Shown here: positions 28,901 through 37,400 of the stretch, one piece after another
How positions within the stretch are numbered: the stretch's first letter is position 1
Layout of the letters: the number at the start of each line of letters is the position of its first letter
Assembly (NCBI GenBank): GCA_032718475.1
Contig: JAUCBJ010009127.1
Coordinates: 30,904-94,903, forward strand
Length of the DNA stretch: 64,000 bases
Direction of reading: 5' to 3'
DNA from: Nemertoderma westbladi
Taxonomy: Eukaryota > Animalia > Xenacoelomorpha
Program-made: the position numbers and the translations under genes
The notes under the pieces: generated by a model
Seen by the model: only the letters and a program-made list of their open reading frames with translations
Told to the model about the DNA's origin: nothing
Databases searched by the model: none

Positions 28901-30185
28901 AGGTTCGTCCACGTTCGATGTCCTCCTCTAGATTTTGTATTTCTCTATCGAACTGGGGTAAAGCTAGTTCTTTCACCGCTTGGACTTGTTGTTGCAATTT
29001 ACGTTTCTCCAAGCAATCGTAAGTTCCTTTTCCGATTTTCTGCCGAATAGCGTCCAATGCATTTCGTATCACGCTCTCTTTGACTTCTGTAACAGGTTGG
29101 ATCGGAGGAAGGCCAGGACGGTTGTAGGGGTTAAACGGTGATATTAGATGACCGCGTCCTAGTCCAGCAAGGTAAGGTTGGCGAATATCCAACGAACCCA
29201 CTACCGGAGTGCCACCAATCAACTGTTCAGGTAACACCAGATCTTTGAACAGTGAGTACAGTTCGGGAGGATCCGTAATACTATTAGGATCTAGAGTTTG
29301 AGGTATCACTTGGGAATGGGGAGGTCTGACCGAGTATTCCGGAACTCTGATCATGGGTTTATTCAATGATCGCTTAAGGCGCGCGACCGTAGGTGATACG
29401 TCGAAAAGGTTACGCTCGAAACTCCCATAAGTATATCGCGTAAAACTGTGTTTAGCGCAACGTCTCCGCGGATGTTTATGCCTTTCGATCTGCTGGTTAG
29501 GTCTAGGACATTCGTCACAGTAATACCAAAGACGCATGTCTTGAAGGGGAAACGCGGGTGATCGCTCTCCAGTTTTACAATATTCTTCCATCTGTTCGAA
29601 GCTATCTGGAACGACAGGGAGTGGTCGATCGGCGGTAAGATACATCATCGTAAAATAGAGCCGTTTGAGTTCCATTATAGGATCTGGATGTATACCTTGG
29701 GGATATCGAGTTTCGAGGTTTTGTTGACTGGCAACATTGAGATAGGTTTCTCTTAGAAATTCTAGATATTCGTTGAAGCCGCTACGTTTATCAGGTTCTT
29801 CAACGTCTTCTCTTTCGAGCTTATTTCGAATAGAGTTCTCGTGTTCTATTCTCGATTTATCGTTTCGACTCCGCTGGGTATGATATTTAAATAAAACCAT
29901 TTCCCTTTCGGTATCGACATCGTCGGTGTCGTGTAAATCAATAGGATGGCCGGTAGTTAAGAAGTCCATATACATACCATTACGATGCGTATAGCGAGCA
30001 GTGAATTTTCTATAGTCCAATTCACGCGTAAGTTGCTCCTGGGACATTGGCGGTTCGATATAACGACCATCGTCCTCCGTAGTAGTTGGATCAGCGTCGC
30101 CGCGTATCAAGCTATCGACAAACGCTTGTAAAGGTAGAGTATATCTCTCCCTGATACCAAGATCATCTTCTATTAATTCAGTCAT
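25932..30185 (-). CDS. Accessory ORF3 (1417 aa): N-terminal Cys/His cluster, coiled coil, DEDDy-like 3'-5' exonuclease domain, three C-terminal CCHC-like zinc knuckles, basic tail
   Basis: Uninterrupted 4.25-kb ORF between integrase and the 3' LTR. ExoI-like IVTYDNEG (~28026-28046), LPQPVLEMLFNERILKIGSAVYGD (ExoII, ~27729-27800), FVDTQLIA, SIGHLALQEYGWNFK and PLRPSLAIYTIFE (ExoIII-like, ~27390-27430). Knuckles CRLC..H..C, CAYC..H..C and CHYCQLKGHESYNC (~26660-26865). No signal peptide or transmembrane segment evident. Confidence 0.85.
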   Translation of the reverse strand: MTELIEDDLGIRERYTLPLQAFVDSLIRGDADPTTTEDDGRYIEPPMSQEQLTRELDYRKFTARYTHRNGMYMDFLTTGHPIDLHDTDDVDTEREMVLFKYHTQRSRNDKSRIEHENSIRNKLEREDVEEPDKRSGFNEYLEFLRETYLNVASQQNLETRYPQGIHPDPIMELKRLYFTMMYLTADRPLPVVPDSFEQMEEYCKTGERSPAFPLQDMRLWYYCDECPRPNQQIERHKHPRRRCAKHSFTRYTYGSFERNLFDVSPTVARLKRSLNKPMIRVPEYSVRPPHSQVIPQTLDPNSITDPPELYSLFKDLVLPEQLIGGTPVVGSLDIRQPYLAGLGRGHLISPFNPYNRPGLPPIQPVTEVKESVIRNALDAIRQKIGKGTYDCLEKRKLQQQVQAVKELALPQFDREIQNLEEDIERGRTYSLQEFLDERLQQQAEENQLEERHIELTEREEAALAQPEAQILVTDLYSKPILHPSMVPHFKDKLFATVQPQPVNTDLRSQELVADAPMLQRPPVEAARVDGVLVEPPDNRADLVRRMAHDVNIRARPLPDSFYGIKDHPYYVNLKQYYMVKPEDPTHSLKFLPLINPLDLVELEQLQKHLDQLVKLNSFRKPYNISRIEKEILPPYNLDGFIKTRLVHWNLDVLFEEERIKRYGDVETYTTQCLKYRDLPNASECATLWHPVGMALENATKEWNETLNVIEMYGIVTYDNEGSVPVGELGTTRMIHIRGLAGSTHVFTRACSDVIDYSFETLTETQKKLRHGQFELAQRYVTDTERKPAMGIDGSMLPQPVLEMLFNERILKIGSAVYGDLQNDFRNMENIPYPFVDTQLIAPWAEGRGFFRTMYANTPSDITKVQRTSIGHLALQEYGWNFKVGNPINYQQVYGDHYSRLYFDGPLTAPGAVYSFMSVPLRPSLAIYTIFENAALAGWLADVCSRTIRAHPLILGTKLAKLDEHNKFIRFECFRRFLTPFRNVDSQFKDRALTKLSLRDSAAEKLSSAGFAVFQDVCIQNSHSSVIQRPRIPTGYSVVEIQTVDPLTETDAPTSSIQLEDEPVCLESEAIQPTTSRSSDNDYVIEWYQGPQRLTAYDYRHANYVSRKRCRLCASRDHFTPLDSSVPCSYFLEQPMMEIYCAYCWLNNSHIFAVCPQFMTQCHYCQLKGHESYNCPFNRDLESVDEMITLRYIRAWEANADLHCESRHRYYPGRAYEGVYAFHPYLFASIEQKTRVPSYELMKRVGECISTKFVRKYLRNVNPNDITTYHLINFIRQDPEYGDIFVNSHPELQEISRRPYEYRTRERELERTIKPRKFLTTHGPPTANVQTTRQGPVGAAVLRRALKAVRPYSTEVDINQPGTSTGGYTDRNPAPSDAIILHPSPRSYSPPRKVACPKEKRTLASFKKLRKRRPRKKD

Positions 30186-31009
30186 ATCTGCTATACGAGT
30201 TCACCAATATTATAATGAGTTTATATATTGTTAGGCGAGCGGGCGTCGCTGCCTATTTCTCCCTTGCCCCCGGACAGTATGAGATTCTCAGCGCCGATGT
30301 ACCGCTGTCGCTATACTTTCGCCAACGACGTAGCCGTACAACGACAACGATAACCGGCACAAGTCACTCAACTGTCCGTCCCAAAGGCTTAGATGTACTT
30401 CAGGTTTTCTTTGGAGAGTTAGGTTACTTTTACGATTGCGACTAGCTACTGTAAACACACTTTAGCAGTAACATTCACCTATAAACTCACAAATACCACA
30501 CAACTGGTCACAACTACGCATTCGGGCCATTTGTCCGTTAGTCAATGCCTTCCAGAATGTCACTGTATTATCATGTATCCTTGGATACTAGTAGTGCGCT
30601 ATTTATTCCCTATGCTATTCAATGGGACAAGCTTTCTATTGTTCTTTTAACTCAATTCTAATTCTAGCGTGGTTGTTGCTATGGTGACATTATGCAAAGC
30701 TAGCGGTAGAATTAGGGTAATTCCAATGCGTACAGATCTGGGATGTTATTTAATAGTATTCTTTAATAGTCAATGTTCTGTTTTATACATGACTTTATGA
30801 ATTTTATCGGCTATTGACTATGTTTGGGAGACTTTCGCACACTCATATGCATAATAAGATAAATCTCCGCTCCCTTGATCTATTAATTAATGGAATTTTG
30901 GGAATGTTATAAATTACGTAAAAATGGCAATTTATTAAATTCATTAAAAGGCATGAATTTAAATTTATTCCCTGAAATTTTATTATTTGATAATTAAATG
31001 GACATATTT

Positions 31010-31290
31010 TGATTCTAGAACATGTCTAGGGACACAAGATCCTTAATTCTATGACAATTGTCTTTTTTAAGAATATCGGTAAATGCTACGATATCTTAAT
31101 TGACTAGAATTATTGAAGGATCTGAATTTTACAGATTTTGATTTATTAGATTTGCAAATATTAAATAATTAATATTTGAGATGGGCACCGATTTATTCCA
31201 GAACTTGTCTGGGGACGTTAACCACTGATTCTATAATTTGTCTTTCAAGTATATCGGTGGGTGCCGCGATATCTTAATCGACTAGAATTA
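31010..31290. repeat. Degenerate ~100-bp direct repeat pair in the pol-ORF3 spacer
   Basis: ~31010-31112 (ATTCTAGAACATGTCTAGGGAC...CGATATCTTAATTGACTAGAATTA) versus ~31193-31290 (ATTCCAGAACTTGTCTGGGGAC...CGATATCTTAATCGACTAGAATTA). Confidence 0.75.
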
Positions 31291-31835
31291 CAGATGGTCA
31301 AAGGGTTTAACAGATTTATTTGCGTTATACGCTACTGTTAAAGAGACATCACGCTACTATATGTATTATTTAATATACGGTATGAGAGCAATATCGCACG
31401 AAGCAATGTCAGTGTGAAGAGGCAAGTAGTTTCCAAGGTCTACCCAGAGCTTGGTTTAGCCGAGACACGAGGATCTGAACTTTGCATTCCTAATACTCTG
31501 CCTACCAATAATACTTAAATATAGTAGTGGCTTTATTGTACTTTAATAAGTACGGACATTTCATCTTACTGTAGTTACGTATTTATAATATAATACGGAC
31601 AGTAAGGAAAGAGAAAAAATAATTATTTCTTCGCCGTCTCACTAAATATAATGTAAGTAATTACGTACATAATAAACACGAATATATTGCACTATTCTAC
31701 AAAATAATCGCTAAATAATATTCTACTAAATTAAATAAAACGATTATAATAAAATTACATAGTAATACATAAATAAATATAAAAATAATAAAAATAATAT
31801 AAAATAATAGAGTCACACGCCCACTCCGAACGATA

Positions 31836-32924
31836 TTAAGTTGGAGAGTCCCTAGATGTCGGTTGGATTAGGGAAGTGGTCGTGGGAAGAGTTTCTTGCC
31901 TTCCATAGTTTCCGGAGAGCTCTCTGTCTCTTTCCAGTAAACATAAACGTCCCACTGGGCGATTGAGCTGTTGAGTCTCAAAGACTATCCCTGGTTTCTT
32001 AAAGTTACGCCGCATTACGACGAGCTCTACCGATCGCACCAAACCATCGCTCGAGATATGAGTCTCGATGATACGTCCTGTTTGCCATCGCTTACGTGGG
32101 AGATCGGGGTCCACAATAAGCACCATGTCTCCAGCGCTGACGTTTTCTTGCTGCGCAAACCACTTAGTTCGAAGTTGTAGAGTGGGCAGGTAATGTTTCT
32201 CGAAATGGTCAGCGAAACGACGGGATAGCAACTGCATAAGTTGCCAGGTTCGACGGCAGTACTCGTCTCCGTCTGTGATCTCCGATCGTGGGAGCATGGC
32301 TACGGGCTTCTTCAGTAGAAAGTGCGCGGGTGTTAGCGCTTCCAGGGAATCAGGATTTGAAGAAACTGGCATAAGCGGTCTTTCGTTGAGATAGGCGGCG
32401 ATTTCCTCCATTAACGTCCGCAATAGTTCGTCGGTGAGATAAGCGCGACAAGGTACAATAAAGTGGAACGCAGTCTTCACGCTCCTAATCAATCTCTCCC
32501 AACTTCCTCCCCACCAAGGGGCGTCGGCGGCGTTGAAGGTCCAGCTAGACGCTGTTATCTTTAGCTGATCGTCCACCTGTCTTTTGTTCCAGTCCTTTAC
32601 GTAAGCTTGAATTTCGTTGTTGGCGCCAATGAAGTTCGTTCCCTTATCCGATCTCATCGTGTTACTGGTTCCGAAACGAGCGATCTGTCGTCGTAAACTC
32701 AACACGAAGCTGTTGGTGGATAGATCGTTTACCATATCGAGATGGATAGCTCTACAAGTCATACAAACGAAGATGACACACCATCTCTTGACTATAGTCC
32801 GGGCACGATATACTTCAATAGGGCCAAATAAATCCACACCGGTATTAGTAAAGGGTGGTTCATAGAAGCTTACTCTTTCCCTAGGTAATTCTGCCTCTCG
32901 CTGTGTTAAAGGCCTACCTGAATG
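31836..32924 (-). CDS. pol segment 3: integrase DDE core and C-terminal domain
   Basis: LPRERV..PFTNTGVDLFGP, RAIHLD, SDKGTNF, APWWGGSWERLIRSVK, LNERPL, LTPAHFL and W..GRI....DGLVR. The frame extends upstream of the track ORF to the frameshift at ~32925. Confidence 0.93.
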   Translation of the reverse strand, partial: HSGRPLTQREAELPRERVSFYEPPFTNTGVDLFGPIEVYRARTIVKRWCVIFVCMTCRAIHLDMVNDLSTNSFVLSLRRQIARFGTSNTMRSDKGTNFIGANNEIQAYVKDWNKRQVDDQLKITASSWTFNAADAPWWGGSWERLIRSVKTAFHFIVPCRAYLTDELLRTLMEEIAAYLNERPLMPVSSNPDSLEALTPAHFLLKKPVAMLPRSEITDGDEYCRRTWQLMQLLSRRFADHFEKHYLPTLQLRTKWFAQQENVSAGDMVLIVDPDLPRKRWQTGRIIETHISSDGLVRSVELVVMRRNFKKPGIVFETQQLNRPVGRLCLLERDRELSGNYGRQETLPTTTSLIQPTSRDSPT

Positions 32925-34465
32925 CTTTCCTACAGGGTATGCAGTTCCTAAGAACTTGGTTCAGAGCCCTACGGGGTTTATAAAAATAGTAGCGAGTGCG
33001 AATTTCGCTCAGAACTCGTTCTCTACCAGCATGGTACAGTTTGCTATGAACATCGACAATTATCTTGATTTGTATGTCAAGATTTCTAATGAGGATGGGA
33101 AACTTAGTGTCAAAGGATAATGGGGCGTTGGTCAGCCTGCCTCCAACACGTATTAACCCATCTATCATGGTACGAGAGAAGCGATCCCTTAAGCGCATCT
33201 GTGGATTTCTTAACAACAGGAAATACTTATCGGAATCCTCATAGCATTGTAGGAGTCTCAGCATCTGTTTGTTGGTTTCATCATGCTCCTGGTAGCTGAT
33301 CTTCTCCTTTAGAAACCTGTCAGATACCTTGTATTGTGGAAGATCTTTAACAACATGGACTCGTGCAGATGTTGATGGAGCATCATCACTATGGGTCTTT
33401 GTCCCGGAGTAACGATGATGAAAACATCGTTTTAAATAGGTGACAGCTTTACAGAGCCGATTCCAGGAACTGTAGTGACGTATCGCTCTCTGCAAGAGAG
33501 GTGAGAGTCCTTGTGAGATATCTGGTATTCCAGATTTCCAATCCTTGTCACGGATTTCCAAGACTTCTTTAGTCGTGGCAGTGGGTTTCTGATCCAAAGC
33601 ATCATCTCCGGAAGTAAATAATACAGATAGATCAACCGCAGGTTTAAACAACTTCGATTTACTCGCTCGAGTTTTGGGTTTAACTTTCTCCGCTCCCTTG
33701 GCCTGTCTGATCTCTGCTGTTGTGAGATGGGGAGGCCATTCTTCTTCTTCTCTGTAGAGAAAGTCGGGTCCTCCTAACCATTCGGGAGTATTTACCAATT
33801 CCTTTGGAGTCGCTCCTCGGGAAGCGATGTCTGCTGGGTTAATCGTTCCGGGGCAATGTCTCCATTGGTCCATCGTCGTGCGACTAAGTATGATGGCTAC
33901 CCTGTTGGTAATGAAGACGCTGAACTGACAGACTTCATTGGTTATATACTCTAACACGAGTAAAGCGTCGGTCCAATAGACAGTTTTCTCTAATGTATAG
34001 TCAATCTGTTCGGTTACATTCCGGCCGATGGCTGTAGCGTATAGAGCCGCTTTTAACTCCGCTCGAGGAACTTTCAACTTGTTGTTGATTAATGCCTTAG
34101 AAGTAACCAAGGCGACTTTGATTCCATCCGGAGTTTCCACTCTTAGGTAGGCTACTATACCTATTCCCATATCGCTGGCGTCTCCAAACACATGGAGTTG
34201 ATAGGAATACGTAGGGAGAACATGACCAAAATATGAACGGGAAATTATAAAATCCTCGATAGCCGGCAGAGAATCTTCCCATTCCATCCACTTCTTCAAT
34301 AATTCTCCCTTAAGTGGATCGTCCCATGAGTGGTTTTCAAGCCACATTTGTTGTACCAAACTACGAGCAATCAATATAACTGGGCTAATAAATCCCAATG
34401 GATCGAAATAAGTGCTCAGTATACTTAAGCAAATCCGTTTTGTTCGAACTGGATTATCTCGCTGT
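32914..34465 (-). CDS. pol segment 2: Pao RNase H region and integrase HHCC zinc finger
   Basis: RTKRICLSILSTYFDPLGFISP, LHVFGDAS, VPRAELKAA, YWTDA, WRHCPGTINPADIASRG, W..GP.FL, DGLIRVGGRL and H...H...CIPC. Out of frame with its neighbours at both ends. Confidence 0.93.
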
Positions 34466-37400
34466 TTTAGCTGGGAAAAACAGGATATCTCGCTCTGTGT
34501 CCCATTTCAAGCCGAGTGTCTTGGTTTCTGGCAGATCATCTTTGATCAAATCTAGATCTTTCGCCCCTCGATCTTCCGCGGGGATCGACTCCAGAAACTC
34601 ACGGGAGTTGCTGGTGAATTTTGTTAATCGAAAACCACCTCTTTTTAAGCACTCTACCGTTCCTTTAGCGACCTCAATGGCTTCCTCAACTGATGGAAGG
34701 GACTTCAGATTGTCGTCCATGTATATGTCTCTCTTGATGTTGTCGATCACTTCCTTAGAGAAGGCCTCTCTGTTGTCCTCTGCAGTGGTACGCACTACCG
34801 AACAGGCGTTGGAAGGGCTTGAGATTATCCCAAAGGCCTGGATGGTCATCCAGTACTCCACCGGTTTCTGGTTGAGGTCTCCTTCGGGCCACCACAGAAA
34901 TCGTAGACTATCTCGATCCTTATCTAACACCTTGACTTGTAAGAACATGCCTTCTATATCGGAGGCGAAAGCAATCGAATATTGTCTCAATCTTAAAAGA
35001 ATTCCCAACAAAGATTGAAGCAAGTTGGGTCCGGGTAACAATTCAGAGTTAAGGGATTGACCCATGTAAAGGGCGGAGCCATCAAACACTACTCTCACTT
35101 CGTGTGGCTTACCGGGTTTAGGAACGTAATGGTGAGTTAAGTAATACGTTCTTTCATTCACAGGTGTTTCTTCCGGTACTCTCTCCGCGTATCCCTTACT
35201 AATAAATTTTTCCAGCTGTGTTTGATACATTGCTTTAGCTGAAGAATTAGCCGTAAGGCGTCGATGGAGTTGCGCGATTCTTTTTTCCGCCAAAGGTCTG
35301 TTATTGATGAACTTCGGTTCTTTCTTGCGGAAAGGTAGACCGACTTCATACCTACCTTGATCTTTGAGGAAACGTGTAGTTGTCTCTTGGATCTGCTTGG
35401 CCCTTTCCTCTTCCACCGACAAGGCTTTATCGTAGGAATTGGGCTCTACCGCCTCTTGCGTAAAGAATCGTACGGCATGTTCATCCCGAGTCTTGGCATT
35501 ATGACGCTCAATGACGTCATTTAACTCGTCGTTATAAGCTTCTCGTTCAGATGGATAGAGAAGTTGACATAAGTTCACTTGGTTCTGCCAAGCCTCGTTT
35601 TCCTTAAGGAGATCGATGGTATTCTCTTCATCAAAAAGCTGGTGAACGTCGTCATTATCTGAGGAGTATGGAGTTCCCTCAGTTAAGTTGTCTCCCTCAC
35701 TGGTATCATCTTCCCATTCACTCACCTGGCATACGCTCTCTGGCGGTAGTCTTTCTCTGAGTGTTCTACGGGAAGGACCAGTAAAGTACCAACCTACTCT
35801 AGTTCTTACCGCATAGGTCTGTAGTGGCTGCGGTTGAGCAGGCCGTTTCTCTAATGTCTCCAGCGCCTCATGCGCGTTTTGGCCGATGAGTATTTGCACT
35901 CCAGGATAATCAGTCTGGAATCGAGGTATGTTAAGATGTTGGATGCTCTCATCCTCGTCCCAATTATAAAGGTCTGCTTGAGTAGTAGCGAAGTTCTTTA
36001 TAGCTACCATTTTCACTGACCTTATGCTATGTTCTCCTAGTTCGTCTTGTGGGGTGGACAACGCGCCTACATAATAATCAGCTGTTATTGTAGATTTCCA
36101 AACTTGCATAATGCCGGACATGTTGAGCTTAGTTTGGAACTTGGGTTGTCCAGCAAATATATCTTCGGCTAGCTCTTTGTCGATGAATGTTCCTGTACTA
36201 CCGGAGTCAAGGAGGGCGTTCACTACATAACTCCTCTTAGGTCCGTGAACCCTTACTTGCACCACAGGAAACTCTCGGATCCCTACATTGGAAGATGGCT
36301 CTTTCCAAGATGGTTGTCGCTCAGAAGTAGTTAGAGTGAAGTCGTTGTCTGTATCCTTTTCATATGTGAGTGCTCGATACACTGCGGTATTTATCATGTA
36401 ACAGGATTCGTTTTCGTCGGAGAACTCGTCTGTATAGAATCCTTCCATCTCAGATTGATCAGTGTCGTTCACATCACTGAATTGGACATGTAGCTCGGAA
36501 TCACTTACCTGACTCGGACTATTTCGATCGAATTCAGCGTGCAACAAGATATGATGTTTCGCACCACACTTTGCACACCTTATGTCAGAGAAACAGGTTC
36601 GCCGTTGGTGTCCTTGTCTGAGGCAATTATAACATAACCGCTTATCCCACATGACTTCGCGTCTCTCCGTTAATGATTTCTTTAGAAATTCATCACACCT
36701 ATTCAAATGGTGGGTCCCGTCACACAGCGCACATTTCGGTTTGATGTTACTTACCTTATTCTGAGTCACATTGTGTACACTTGCCTTTTCTTCGGGCTTT
36801 CTCACCTGAATTCTCTTGGGAGACGTGGGAGGAGTTTTTCTTACCTGTTCTCTCCTGTCATTTGCTCGAGACTTGAATTTACTTACCTGATCTTTAGGCA
36901 TTTTATTGACATAATAAGATCTATCAGTGTCTTTCCCGCTATCTTCTCCTTGAGAAGTCTGGCTTTCGCCGTCGTCTGTATAACACACTGGTGTTACCTT
37001 TCTCCTAGAGACGGGTTTTTCACTTACCTTGTTTTCCGGTGTCTTCTCTCGGGACTGCTTGAGGAGTTGCAATTTCACTTCTCCATCCAAGAATGACATG
37101 AGATCAGCCATGGTAGGGTCTCGTCGTTGTTGTTCCATCATATATAGTACTTTCTTATCCCAGCGTGTGCCTACCCCACCTTTCGGTAAAGTAGAAGCCA
37201 CAGCTCCAATGACCATAGAACTTTGGTATTCATGAGACTTACCTAACCAATCTAATTGTCTACAGATCTCTTGAATCTCATCGGAAAACTCTATTATCCC
37301 ACTGCTGATGAACTTTCTGGGCGCTACTAATTTTGCATATAAATACTTAGCGATATTATTCCTATTACCATACCTGATGTTTAGTGTGTCCCAAACTTGT

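Noticed and set aside
25932-30185. ORF3 as an envelope glycoprotein
   Set aside because: No signal peptide or transmembrane anchor is evident. It has nucleic-acid-binding knuckles and a basic C-terminus.
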